In this document: piece by piece, positions 30,133-40,652 of the stretch
Numbering within the stretch: position 1 is the first letter of the stretch
Layout: each line of letters starts with the position of its first letter
Notes under the pieces: model-generated
The model's input: the letters and a program-made list of their open reading frames with translations, nothing else
The model's database searches: none
What the model was told of the DNA's origin: nothing
Source: Candidatus Bathyarchaeota archaeon
GTDB taxonomy: Archaea; Thermoproteota; Bathyarchaeia; Bathyarchaeales; Bathycorpusculaceae
Assembly (NCBI GenBank): GCA_963826715.1
Contig: CAWGYA010000002.1
Location: 192,001 to 256,000, forward strand
Length of the DNA: 64,000 nt
Reading direction: 5' to 3'
Made by a program: the position numbers and the translations under genes

Positions 30133-30735
30133 TCAGCCTTGGTGTTCTTTGGTCTTAAGCCAAGCCAAAAAAGCCTCTCTTACCGACAGTGGATTCTCAA
30201 AAACATGCACATCTTCCATTGCCTCAAGCTTTCGTACCTGCGCTGCTTCTTCTTTGCGTACGCGTATTTTCATGTCTTTACCGTTAGGAAGTTTAGTGTA
30301 GATTACGCTTTCCTTAAAATCTACAGGCATAATCCATATTGGCACGAAGGCTTTAAGCGCCATAAGAGCCGCATTTGTAAGCAGGGTGTCGCTAATACTA
30401 TTAACGATTTTCGCCACAGTATTAGACGATGCGGGCATTATTAGCAAAAACTGGTATCTTTGGCTCTGAACCATCCCAGCCAAAAAAGGTACATTAGAAT
30501 TAACTTCAACCCTAACCTTTGGAAAAATCGTCTTAATTTCTTCATCGAGACTGTAGAATTTAAGCATGGTATCTGCAGCTTTGGAGATATAAACATCAAA
30601 ATCCACCAAGCCTTCAGCGCGTAGTTTTAACTCTTTCATAGTTTCAACTATTTCTGCTATTTTGTCACCAGCGCCCGTAATCCCCCAGGCAACTTTGAGT
30701 TTCTTGGGTTTTTCAGCCATAACAATCTCTCTCAT
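30133..30735 (-). CDS. afpA: Archaeoflavoprotein AfpA
   Basis: VAWGITGAG, PASSNTVAKI...DTL.TN; alternative start 30720. Confidence 0.85.
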   Translation of the reverse strand: MREIVMAEKPKKLKVAWGITGAGDKIAEIVETMKELKLRAEGLVDFDVYISKAADTMLKFYSLDEEIKTIFPKVRVEVNSNVPFLAGMVQSQRYQFLLIMPASSNTVAKIVNSISDTLLTNAALMALKAFVPIWIMPVDFKESVIYTKLPNGKDMKIRVRKEEAAQVRKLEAMEDVHVFENPLSVREAFLAWLKTKEHQG

Positions 30736-31325
30736 TTTCCTTTTTTAGCGTAAAGTTCCAGGTACTCTGAAAATCGTTTAATTGCCTTCCGTAAACTCCT
30801 CGCGCCTTCTGCATCCTGCTTGACGCCTTCTAAACTGTCTTTGCTCCAGAAGTTAGCGCCTAAATTTGCGCCAAAAGGTCCGCCACTAACTGGAATCATG
30901 CCATTTATAATGAAAAAAGTGTGAATTTGCCAAAGGGCCAATTCCTGCCCGCCTGCGCGGTCACCACCGATGGTTATACCAATACCAATTTTTCCTTTGA
31001 AAAAGTTTTTATCGGCAGCAACCAACGAACGTGTTCGATCCATCATCGTTTTGAGTTGGGCAGATACACCACCGTTGTAGACTGGTGTCGCGAGGATAAT
31101 GCCATTGGCTTTTGCGAACATCTCATAGAGATCTTCGAGGTCATCTTGGTAGGTACAAACTTTGTTAGTTAAGCAGAAATCGCAGTGCGCACAAAACTCC
31201 ATCCATTTTCCGCGGACAGTCCAGAGCTGGGTTTCAAAACCCTTCTCCTTGAGCATTGATAGTGCTTGCTCAAGAACATATTCAGTGGCCTGTCGCCTCG
31301 GGCTTCCGCATACACCAACAATCAT
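30732..31325 (-). CDS. Iron-sulfur flavoprotein / flavodoxin family (Isf-like)
   Basis: GSPR, CAHCDFC....C, ATPVY, GGDRAGGQE. Confidence 0.88.
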   Translation of the reverse strand: MIVGVCGSPRRQATEYVLEQALSMLKEKGFETQLWTVRGKWMEFCAHCDFCLTNKVCTYQDDLEDLYEMFAKANGIILATPVYNGGVSAQLKTMMDRTRSLVAADKNFFKGKIGIGITIGGDRAGGQELALWQIHTFFIINGMIPVSGGPFGANLGANFWSKDSLEGVKQDAEGARSLRKAIKRFSEYLELYAKKGK

Positions 31326-31707
31326 TAGTATCAATTAATTGAAGAGACTAAGGCAAAATAAAGCTTACCTAAAAACCTAAACTCAAGCGCAAATATAGAG
31401 GAAAAAATCGCACAGCTTTAATCTTTAAATTATAAAAAGTTAGTAAAAAAGAAAACATTTTGCAAGCAGCAGGATATAAAGTAACCCTTAAAATGAAAAC
31501 TGACCGCAAACGTTTCTTAGAAAAAATTAACGCATAGTCTTGGGTCTAAAATGTGGTTAAGAAAACGGGGTGTAATAGAGGAAGAAAACTAACCGAAATT
31601 CTCAGCTTTTTCGCTACAAATAAATGCAAAAATTTTGGATCCTAAAATTTGAATATTTTGTAAAACAGAAAATAAAAGAAGCAAAATGGGGAACGAGAAG
31701 AGTAAAA

Positions 31708-33924
31708 TTACTCTTTCTCGAAATATTCTTCTGCCTTTGGCGGAACCGGCGGTAATCCTCGGCGCTCTCGAATCTTTTTGACAGTTTCTGCCTGCATCTG
31801 CTCTGGAACGTATGCCCATCTGCTGAACTGAGTAGCCCAGAAGGCACGTCCCTGGGTGCTGCTACGGAGTTCGTCAGCTATACCAAAAGATTCAGAAACT
31901 GGCATTTCTGCTTTGACGGTAATCATGTCTTCTTCAGAGGGCATGTCGAGGATTTTGCCACGACGTTTATTTAGCAATGTGATAACGCTGCTAACATAAT
32001 CGCTCGGCACCTTGCATTCGAAACTCATTATTGGTTCAAGCAGTTTGGGGTCAGTGAGTAAGATTACGCAATAGATTGGTCTCCAAGTCATTGGGATTGC
32101 CTGAGCAGGACCGCGGTGGACTGGGTCTTCGTGCAGGGTTATGTCTTCAAGGTTAATCTTTAAGCCATAAGCTGGTTCTTTAGCCAAGGGAGAAGTATGA
32201 ACTGCTTCACGGAACCCAGTTTTTATGTGATCAATGATTTCTTCAACGTATTGGCGTCCGCGTATACGGTTAACGAGGATGTTGTTTTCTTCAACTGCCA
32301 CAGCGCCTTTGGCTTCGTCAGGGGCCCAGCCAAATCCACGTAAAATCCTTGTGCGTTCGTCCTTGCTTTGCATGTCAGTTATTTTCTCTGATCTGATGGC
32401 TTCGATTACTTCATCGCTGAGTTTTTCTATGGTTATCCAGAGTTTGTTGTGTTTGTTAGGGCTTTTACCCATTATTGCTGGACCCTTATAGTCGTGGCTG
32501 ATTGTTTCTCTGAAAATGACAATAGGTTTGCTGAGTTTAACTTTTAGACCCGCTTCTTGCATACGATAAGCAGTGATTTCAAGGTGGAGTTCACCCATTC
32601 CACTGAGGAGGAATTCTCCACTTTCTTTGTTCATGGTGAAATGTAGGTTGGGGTCTTCTGTAGTAAGTTTATGCATAACTTTGTCGAATAGTGGCAGATC
32701 TTTGACGTCTTCTGGTTCAACAGCTACAGTAACGACTGGGTCAGACACATATCGCAGACCTTCAAAGCTGTGAACTTCAATGCCTGCTTCTGCAACTGTT
32801 TCTCCTACGTGTAATGCTGGCAACCCTGAGATAGCACCTATATTTCCGGCTGGAACACGGTCAATGAAAACTCGATCAGTTGCCATACTCATGAAAACCT
32901 GTTGTATGACTCCTTTTGAGTTGCCGCTGACTAACTGTACTTCTTTACCTTTGGTGATTGAGCCACTAAAGATTCTGCCAATGGCTACTGTACCACTGTG
33001 GGGGTCTACTTCGATGGTAGATATGCACATCAAGAGTGGAGCGTTTGGATCAACTTTCGCCATACCTAAACCGACTGGACTTTCGGGGTCGCCTGGCCAA
33101 ATCTGTGGCTGCCTGTAGGGTTGAGCCTCGTATGGATTAGGTAGGTGTTGGCAAAACATGTCGAGTATTGGGTCGGGCAATGGTGCCTTTTTACTAAGTT
33201 CATCAACTTTTCTTCCGACGTCAGCTGGCTCTCCGCTATATGCGTCAATAATGTCTTGGAAACTAACTTTCTTTAGTTTCATGTGATCTAGGTTTAATCC
33301 CCATTTATGTAGGGCTGATCCGAATGCGACACGGCTATCTTCTATTTTTACCTGCCAGTCTTGCTTGTGTTCAACTGGAGCGTATTTCTCAATTAAAGTG
33401 TTGACTCGCAATAGAATCTTTGCAAATTTTTTCTGAATTTCTGCTGGAGTTAATTTGATTTCTTTGATTAATCGATCGACTTTGTTGATAAATAGAAGCG
33501 GTTTGACACGTTCACGGAGTGCTTGCATCAAGACCGTTTCGGTTTGAGTCATTGGTCCTTCGACAGCATCCACGACGACAAGTGCTCCGTCAACAGCACG
33601 TAGGCTTCGTGTGACGGCACCTGAGAAATCTATGTGTCCAGGTGTGTCGATGAGATTAATGAGGTAATCTTGTTTATCAAATGTGTGAACTAGGCTGACG
33701 TTTGATGCGAAAACAGTCATTTGCCTTTTTTGTTCAAGGTCCCAGCTGTCGAGGAAGAGTTTTTGACCTGCGGTTTGGGTACTGATGATACCTGCGTGTG
33801 CTAGAAGGCTGTCGGATAGAGTGGTCTTGCCGTGGTCAACATGAGCAATAATGCTGGTGTTACGAATAATTTTTGGGTTATCCATTAATCTTACTATTTC
33901 GTCTGTTTGTCTATATCGCGCCAT
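31708..33924 (-). CDS. fusA: Elongation factor 2 family GTPase, probable paralog (aEF-2p)
   Basis: AHVDHGKT, DTPGH, NKVD, GMGELHL, HEDPVHRG; switch I RQMT; no rps7/rps12 neighbours. Confidence 0.9.
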   Translation of the reverse strand: MARYRQTDEIVRLMDNPKIIRNTSIIAHVDHGKTTLSDSLLAHAGIISTQTAGQKLFLDSWDLEQKRQMTVFASNVSLVHTFDKQDYLINLIDTPGHIDFSGAVTRSLRAVDGALVVVDAVEGPMTQTETVLMQALRERVKPLLFINKVDRLIKEIKLTPAEIQKKFAKILLRVNTLIEKYAPVEHKQDWQVKIEDSRVAFGSALHKWGLNLDHMKLKKVSFQDIIDAYSGEPADVGRKVDELSKKAPLPDPILDMFCQHLPNPYEAQPYRQPQIWPGDPESPVGLGMAKVDPNAPLLMCISTIEVDPHSGTVAIGRIFSGSITKGKEVQLVSGNSKGVIQQVFMSMATDRVFIDRVPAGNIGAISGLPALHVGETVAEAGIEVHSFEGLRYVSDPVVTVAVEPEDVKDLPLFDKVMHKLTTEDPNLHFTMNKESGEFLLSGMGELHLEITAYRMQEAGLKVKLSKPIVIFRETISHDYKGPAIMGKSPNKHNKLWITIEKLSDEVIEAIRSEKITDMQSKDERTRILRGFGWAPDEAKGAVAVEENNILVNRIRGRQYVEEIIDHIKTGFREAVHTSPLAKEPAYGLKINLEDITLHEDPVHRGPAQAIPMTWRPIYCVILLTDPKLLEPIMSFECKVPSDYVSSVITLLNKRRGKILDMPSEEDMITVKAEMPVSESFGIADELRSSTQGRAFWATQFSRWAYVPEQMQAETVKKIRERRGLPPVPPKAEEYFEKE

Positions 33925-34426
33925 AAATTATGTTCTCCATTTTACGTGTAATTCACTTTTAATGCTTGTTTATTGATTATTTGAAGCATCATGTTATTCT
34001 CTCGTGAAATTGGTAAACTACCAGGGAAATTGAGTTTGTAGCCTATTAACTTTATGGCATTATATTCTTAAATAATTGAATATCACACAACCGCATATCC
34101 TTTGCCGTCAAGACTCCACTTCAGCTTTGTTTTTGGCATTCACAGCTGTTTTCACGGGATTTAAGCGCCTTAATTGCAGCTGGTTGAACTTTGCAAGTTA
34201 TTAAACTGGCGTTTCAAAAAGAATTAAAATTATTTTCCAATTTTTTATTACCAAAAAAGAAGAAAGCCCAATGCACGGGAAATCTTTTGCATTCAATAAT
34301 AGCCTTTGAGCAATCGTTTTCCCGGTTAAAAAGGGGGTTTTACCCGATTAGTTTAAATGTTACATTCTACCTTAAGGCAAAAATAATCTATAATAACAGC
34401 ACCATTGCTGATGCTGAGGATTTCAA

Positions 34427-34522
34427 ATGCGTCATAAAATAGTTTCAATGCATAGGCAATACTTATTGGTCCACAACTCTTTAGCTTCAGTCAGCTACAT
34501 TTATCGCTGGGATCACCCATAA
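34427..34522 (+). CDS. Possible 31-aa upstream ORF before the P-type ATPase
   Basis: GAGG SD + ATG; MRHKIVSMHRQYLLVHNSLASVSYIYRWDHP. Confidence 0.25.
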   Translation: MRHKIVSMHRQYLLVHNSLASVSYIYRWDHP

Positions 34523-34557
34523 ATTATTGGCCTCACAGGATTTTGGCGGTATAAAAT

Positions 34558-37332
34558 TTGGAAAAAGCTGCATCTAATCCAATTGAAAAGGTTTTCGAAG
34601 ACCTAAAAACATCGCCGGAAGGCTTAACAAGCCAAGAGGCTAAACTGCGCCTCAAAAATTATGGCTACAACAAACTCTCCGAGCGCCGTCAGCTTCCATT
34701 TATAAACAAGTTCGTTAAACATCTTAGAGATTTATTTGGCATACTTCTGCTGGTAGCAGCTGTATTATCCTTCATAAGTTCTCCAGACAATCCATCATTG
34801 GGATTAATCATTCTCGGAGTGGTTTTTGTTAACGTTTTTGTCAGCATTTTCCAAGAATCCCGAGCTGAAAAGGCAATGGCAACCCTGAAAAGTTGGATGC
34901 CTGAATTTGCCAAAATAATGCGGGATGGAGAACTAAAGAAAATTTCAGTCCGCGAAATCGTTCCAGGAGACATCATATATCTTGAAGAGGGCGACCAAGT
35001 TCCAGCGGATGCACGATTAATTGAAACATTCGATTTATGGACAAACAATGTGCCGTTGACTGGAGAATCTGAGCCTCAGCCCCGTTCAGCTGAAACCGTA
35101 AAAACCGTTGAAAAAGCCTACCTGTATTCACCCAACCTTGCGTTCATGAGCACCAGTGTGGCTAAAGGACAGGGAAAAGCAGTCGCCTACGCCACAGGCA
35201 TGGGCACACAATTTGGCAGAATTGCCAGTCTAACACAGACCATCCAGGAGGAAGATAGTCCCCTTCAAAAAGAAATCGGGTTGATGGCAAAATACGATTT
35301 CTTTATTGCCTTAGCTGTTGGCGCCATTTTCTTTTTAGCAAGCTTTCTTTTTCTACACGTTCCCTTCAGCAATAGTATATTCTTCATGATTGGCGTCATG
35401 GTCTGCTGTGTCCCTGAGGGTTTGCAGGTCACTGTTTCCAGCGCGTTAGCCATTAACGTGCTCAAAATGGTTAAGCAAAATGTTCTGGTTAAGCGTCTCT
35501 CATCCGTGCAGACATTGGGCAGCGTAACCGTAATTTGCACAGATAAAACAGGCACCATAACCAAGGGAGAAATGACAGTTAACAAGCTCTGGGTGAAGAA
35601 CCGCGTCATCGAAGTGTCGGGTTTAGGTTACATGCCAGTAGGTGACTTCACCATAAACGGACAACCACTAAGGGAAAGCGAAACAAAATCTCTCGATAAA
35701 CTACTCGAAATCGCGGCTCTCTGTAACGGCGCAAAGGTTGACCCCCCCTCTGACCGAAACAACAATTGGAGCGTCATCGGCGACCCAACAGACGGTGCTT
35801 TGCTTGTAGCCGCCTTGAAGTATGGGCAAAACATTGACGAGATCATCGCTGAGAAGCCCACAATCAATATTTTGCCGTTTAGCTTTGAACGAAAACGCAT
35901 GAGCACCGTTCATGCCCTCAACGGCGATACATTGATTTACACTAAAGGAGCGCCGAGAGTTATATTGGAGCTCTGTAAACGCGTGTTCATAGACGGTAAA
36001 GAAGATCCGCTGACGCAGGAAATTTTAGATGAGATAGAAGCAAAAATCCACGAATTCGCCACCGAGGGCCTGCGAGTGATCGCTATGTCGTACAATCGTA
36101 TGCCTAAAGGTACCTACCATAAAGGCGATGACGTCGAAAAAGAACTGGTTTTCGTTGGGTTAGCGGCCATGCGTGACCCGCCAAGGATGGAAGTTAAAGA
36201 TGCTGTCCTTAAAGCGAAAGCAGCGGGAATCAAAACAGTCATAATCACAGGCGACTACGGCCCAACCGCGGAGGTTATCGCACAGGAAGTTGGCATCGTC
36301 GAGAAAGGCGCCTGTAAAATCATCCGTGGCGTTGACCTTGAAGAGCTAAATGACCAAGCGATTTTTGACGAAGTCAAAAATGGAAATGTAATTTTCGCAA
36401 GAGTTTCTCCAGAACAGAAACTTCACATAGTCAAAGTGATAAAGAAAAGTGGCGAAATCGTGGCAGTCACAGGAGACGGAGCCAACGATGCGCCCTCGCT
36501 CAAAGAAGCCGACATAGGCGTAGCAATGGGCGCGTCTGGTACAGATGTGGCTCGGGAAGCCGCAGACATGGTCTTGCTAAATGACAGCTTTGCCTCCATA
36601 GTGAGGGCGGTAGAGTCAGGTAGAGCTATCTATGAAAACATTCGTAAATTCATTGTTTACGTATTCACACACAACTGGGCACAGTTAGTTCCATATGTAC
36701 TCTATGCTGTACTTGCGATTCCGCTGCCACTGCTGGTGGTACAAATCTTATCCATTGACCTAGCCATTGATGTTGTCCCTTCGCTAGCGCTGAGTCGTGA
36801 ACCACCCGAAACAGGAATTATGGAGGAACCACCAAGAAGCGTCAAAGAAAGACTGTTCACACGTGGAGTTTTTCTACGTTCACTCTACATTGGCTTAATC
36901 ATTGCTGCATTTTCAATGTATGGCTGCATTAGCACTTGGATGGCTGGCGGCTGGGAATTCGGAATGCAACTCGCAGCAAATGACCCTGTTTACATCAAAG
37001 GGGTTACGATGACGTTCGCCGGTATCGTGCTTGGTCAAGTAGGAAACGTGCTTTCCTGCAGAACAAGCAAGCAATCTATCTTTAAAACAAGTATAGCTAA
37101 GAACAAATGGATAATCGTAGGCATCATAGCACAGCTTTCAATCATATCCGTCCTAGTATATGTTCCGCTGATGCAAACATTCTTTGGAACCACAGCACTC
37201 GGAATTACAGACTGGTTGTACCTGCTCATGATTACGTTTGCAGTGATTTTCGCCGAGGAAGCCCGCAAATTTGTGGTGCGTAAATTCTTCACTAAAAAAG
37301 GAGAAGATATAACCAAACACGACCACACCTAA
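34558..37332 (+). CDS. Cation-transporting P-type ATPase (type II)
   Basis: TGES, VPEGL, DKTGT, KGAP, DPPR, TGDGANDAP. Confidence 0.95.
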   Translation: MEKAASNPIEKVFEDLKTSPEGLTSQEAKLRLKNYGYNKLSERRQLPFINKFVKHLRDLFGILLLVAAVLSFISSPDNPSLGLIILGVVFVNVFVSIFQESRAEKAMATLKSWMPEFAKIMRDGELKKISVREIVPGDIIYLEEGDQVPADARLIETFDLWTNNVPLTGESEPQPRSAETVKTVEKAYLYSPNLAFMSTSVAKGQGKAVAYATGMGTQFGRIASLTQTIQEEDSPLQKEIGLMAKYDFFIALAVGAIFFLASFLFLHVPFSNSIFFMIGVMVCCVPEGLQVTVSSALAINVLKMVKQNVLVKRLSSVQTLGSVTVICTDKTGTITKGEMTVNKLWVKNRVIEVSGLGYMPVGDFTINGQPLRESETKSLDKLLEIAALCNGAKVDPPSDRNNNWSVIGDPTDGALLVAALKYGQNIDEIIAEKPTINILPFSFERKRMSTVHALNGDTLIYTKGAPRVILELCKRVFIDGKEDPLTQEILDEIEAKIHEFATEGLRVIAMSYNRMPKGTYHKGDDVEKELVFVGLAAMRDPPRMEVKDAVLKAKAAGIKTVIITGDYGPTAEVIAQEVGIVEKGACKIIRGVDLEELNDQAIFDEVKNGNVIFARVSPEQKLHIVKVIKKSGEIVAVTGDGANDAPSLKEADIGVAMGASGTDVAREAADMVLLNDSFASIVRAVESGRAIYENIRKFIVYVFTHNWAQLVPYVLYAVLAIPLPLLVVQILSIDLAIDVVPSLALSREPPETGIMEEPPRSVKERLFTRGVFLRSLYIGLIIAAFSMYGCISTWMAGGWEFGMQLAANDPVYIKGVTMTFAGIVLGQVGNVLSCRTSKQSIFKTSIAKNKWIIVGIIAQLSIISVLVYVPLMQTFFGTTALGITDWLYLLMITFAVIFAEEARKFVVRKFFTKKGEDITKHDHT

Positions 37333-37495
37333 TCTCCACTGCAAAAATTGGATATTCCTTAAAGCAAAACGGTAGCAAACAAATCACATGACCATAAATA
37401 GAGAAGGCTATAAAAAAACAAATTTCATGTGGCTTCTGGGCTAGAAATTTAAGTTAGCAATACACATTAAAAAGGCATCCAGATAGTGAATTGCT

Positions 37496-38398
37496 ATGCC
37501 ATACGACAGGGAAGAACTCGAAAAATTCCGCCTCTCAGGCAAGATTCTGCGCGAAACACGCGAGGAAATGCGCGGCTACGTTGAAGAAAATATGTTAATA
37601 ATTGATGTATGCGAAAAAACAGAGAATTTAATTCGAGAAAAAGGCGGCACCCCTGCATTCCCAACCAACGTAAGCATAAATGAAGTTGCTGCGCACTATA
37701 CTGCAATTCCCAACGATACTTCGACCATTCCCATTGGCTCCACTGTAAAAATAGATATAGGTGTTCACGTTGACGGCTATGTCACTGATACGGCATTCAC
37801 AATTGCCTTTAATCCTGAAGGAAAAGCTATGATATTGACAGCTGAGCTCGCCCTGAAAACAGTTATTGATAATATTCACGGGGACATGACGCTGGGCGAT
37901 TTAGGGGTATTGGCGGAAAAAACTATCAAAAACCGCGGATTCAAACCTATAAGCAATCTAACTGGGCACAGTGTTGGGCGCTATCTCATTCACGCAGGCA
38001 TATCTATTCCAAGCGTATCAGGGTTTAATCCTCATAAGGTGAAAACAGGCGAAGTTTACGCAATCGAACCTTTCGTTACATTACCAGATGCTATTGGGAG
38101 AGTTGATGATAGCCCACAGACCACTATCTACCGCTACTTGAAAGCAAAATCTCTCAAAACTGCCCAATCAAAAAAACTTGCTAAGCACATCGAAGGAAAA
38201 TTTCGAACATTACCATTTGCGGAGCGTTGGTTACTGGGAATTGTGCCTGATGAGCAGCATAAATCAGCTTTTAATGAGTTGCTTAAATCAAAATCAATCA
38301 TGAGTTACCCAGTTTTTATAGAAGCCAGCCGAAAACCTGTCGCTCAGGCTGAACATACAATGTTAATAAAAGAGGATGGATGTGAAGTTTTGACCTAA
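37496..38398 (+). CDS. map: Methionine aminopeptidase type II
   Basis: AFP...AAHYT, DIGVHVDGY..DTA, NLTGH, AIEPF, AQAEHT. Confidence 0.96.
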   Translation: MPYDREELEKFRLSGKILRETREEMRGYVEENMLIIDVCEKTENLIREKGGTPAFPTNVSINEVAAHYTAIPNDTSTIPIGSTVKIDIGVHVDGYVTDTAFTIAFNPEGKAMILTAELALKTVIDNIHGDMTLGDLGVLAEKTIKNRGFKPISNLTGHSVGRYLIHAGISIPSVSGFNPHKVKTGEVYAIEPFVTLPDAIGRVDDSPQTTIYRYLKAKSLKTAQSKKLAKHIEGKFRTLPFAERWLLGIVPDEQHKSAFNELLKSKSIMSYPVFIEASRKPVAQAEHTMLIKEDGCEVLT

Positions 38399-38401
38399 CG
38401 C

Positions 38402-38848
38402 TTAGACGGCGTAGGTTTTTTCTTTTTCTTTGACTTCTTTGAAGATAGCAGTTATCATTTGTTTTCCGTTGCATTTTTGGCATGGAACATCGAGGTCTTT
38501 AAAGACGTAGTCGCCACGCTGGAATTCACGCACTGTTTTGTAGTTGCAATCTTTGTTTTGACATTCGATTGTGGTCATTACCTTGGGAATTTCAATTTTC
38601 ACCTGAGCTGATTGCCTCCTTGATTGGTAAAGAAGGAACAATGACATTGCCATGGCGATTACGCCTATGCCTCCAAGAATCATTGCTGCCAACTGGTCCC
38701 CTTCCACAACGTAGGTTTCAAAGGCAATGAAGATAGCAACGACGGAAAGCGCCATTACTACCAGTACAATCATCGTCAGATAACTGGAGATTTTTTTGTT
38801 TGCAGATGAAGCTGAGTTTTGGGGTTGAGTCATATTAAACATCCTCAT
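38402..38848 (-). CDS. Two-TM protein with C-terminal Zn-ribbon
   Basis: Two TM helices; EC...C..K.VREFQRGDYVFK...CQKC. Confidence 0.75.
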   Translation of the reverse strand: MRMFNMTQPQNSASSANKKISSYLTMIVLVVMALSVVAIFIAFETYVVEGDQLAAMILGGIGVIAMAMSLFLLYQSRRQSAQVKIEIPKVMTTIECQNKDCNYKTVREFQRGDYVFKDLDVPCQKCNGKQMITAIFKEVKEKEKTYAV

Positions 38849-39957
38849 TATTGGCCCACTCCGATAGAGTTGCCTACACCAACGATAATGACTGTATCGC
38901 CTTCTTTGGTGCGTTCTTTAACGACATCTCTTACTCTGTCTATGACTTTGTCGACGGCGTCGTTGATTTCTCTTCGCATAGGCGAAACAGCGTCACCAAT
39001 GTCCTCTTTAACTATCACAGCATAGAGAGGAATGTTGTACTTTGTGACTTTCTCTTCAATCTTGAATTGGTCAACTCCTGGTCCGCCGATGGCTGCGCCG
39101 ATACCTTCAGCAACTTCACCGACCAACTCACCTTCGAGCTTAAGTCCAGCATCTATCATGATTACACTGGAGATTTTGCCCTTGTTTTCCTCGATGACAG
39201 TTTCAATTGCTTCGCCCGGCTTTCCTACGTTTCCACCTGGACCTTCTGCTTTGAGGACAAGCGCGGTGCGACCTTCAAAAGGTACAGTGGCAACCACGCA
39301 ATCCTTGGGAACTTTGCGAACTTCGAAACCATGCATGAGCTTAGATGCAATTAGGGGTCCAACTCCATCTCCGATGGGTTGACCATAAGCGAAGGCTTTT
39401 AATGCGCTTGAGTAAGCTTCAGCTTCTTTCATCACCATCGGCAAAATCATTTGCAGTTGCATAATTACATAGAGGCTGAGAGTTTTTTTGCCTTGGATAT
39501 AATAGTGGCGCACGACTTTGTAGATATAATTGAGCGCCATCGCGGCTTCCAGCGTATTTTCTAAGTTGTTAATTTGGATTTCGTTTGATGCCACTTCGGG
39601 CGCCATGAGCCTCACTTCTTCTTTTAGGCGTTCATCTCTAATATCTAAGATGTGGTCGAGCTTATTCACTATACCAGCTGGATCCATAGTTTGGGGACCG
39701 ATGGTAAAGTATTCTAGATATCGATCAACTCGTGCGGTGGGGTCTGTCGTCGGTTTTCCTATTTCCTTGAGGGTTTCTATGGCTGTTTTTTTGCCTTCGT
39801 CTTTTATGACGCGTAGTTTATGTAGCGAATTCTCAACTTCACGGACCATCACATACATTTGTATGCGTTGACCGTAGAAGATGAAAACTATAAAGAACAC
39901 ATACATGCCTAAACTGATAATTTGACTTATGGAGTCGCTTCCGGGAATCAAACTCAA
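38848..39957 (-). CDS. DUF1512 family protein
   Basis: PIGDGVGPL, KAEGPGGNVG, IDAGLKLEGE, GVGNSIGVGQ. Confidence 0.85.
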   Translation of the reverse strand: MSLIPGSDSISQIISLGMYVFFIVFIFYGQRIQMYVMVREVENSLHKLRVIKDEGKKTAIETLKEIGKPTTDPTARVDRYLEYFTIGPQTMDPAGIVNKLDHILDIRDERLKEEVRLMAPEVASNEIQINNLENTLEAAMALNYIYKVVRHYYIQGKKTLSLYVIMQLQMILPMVMKEAEAYSSALKAFAYGQPIGDGVGPLIASKLMHGFEVRKVPKDCVVATVPFEGRTALVLKAEGPGGNVGKPGEAIETVIEENKGKISSVIMIDAGLKLEGELVGEVAEGIGAAIGGPGVDQFKIEEKVTKYNIPLYAVIVKEDIGDAVSPMRREINDAVDKVIDRVRDVVKERTKEGDTVIIVGVGNSIGVGQ

Positions 39958-40041
39958 TCTTAAACACCACTTCTTTTCAAAAACTCTCTCTGCTTAGTTA
40001 TAAAGATATGCTATATCTCATCATGTTTGAATTGGGAAAAG

Positions 40042-40167
40042 TAGGTTGCCAGCTTTCCCAGGTTCACGTGGCCTAAGACCACACTACAGCTGGAAACGGA
40101 ACACGGTTTAACTTCTGAGTTCGGTATGGGATCAGGTGGAACCCGCGCCCTTTGACCGGCAAACCTA
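40042..40167 (-). rRNA. rrf: 5S rRNA (stand-alone)
   Basis: Reverse strand has CCTGATCCCATACCGAACTCAGAAGTTAAACC loop C; terminal helix GGTTTGCCGG/CTGGCAACC. Confidence 0.95.
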
Positions 40168-40652
40168 AAACCTAACTGTTAGGCATCTCCTTATATACCT
40201 TTAGTTTTTCTGTTGCTGTTTTCAGTGGAAAATCAATGATTTTGACAATACTAATGTTTGTTAACAGAATATCAGACAAAATTCTGATTGTTGCGTCTTT
40301 CCGACACGTTTTTCTTCAGTCCCATTTACTTTAATCGAAGCGTTCCGTCTTTTTGAAGAGCTAAATCTCAAGTTATATAAAAGTAGGCAACGTGCCTGCC
40401 TGACTTTTTATTCATTCAAAGCTTAGTATTTTTTGTGTTATCTGGGGGGTAGCAAATCGCTGTTAGATAAGAGTTTGTTTCGGATTGAATCTAAACATCT
40501 GCAACATATATTAGACGACAATTAAGGATAAGTGTTATTTCCTAAAGATAGTTATTATCAGAGCGAAATATGCTTTTTTAACGAAAACTGCCTGCAACTA
40601 CCAGAACTCTAATAGGTGATAATGTTTTTCATAGCACCCGGGAGCTTCATAA

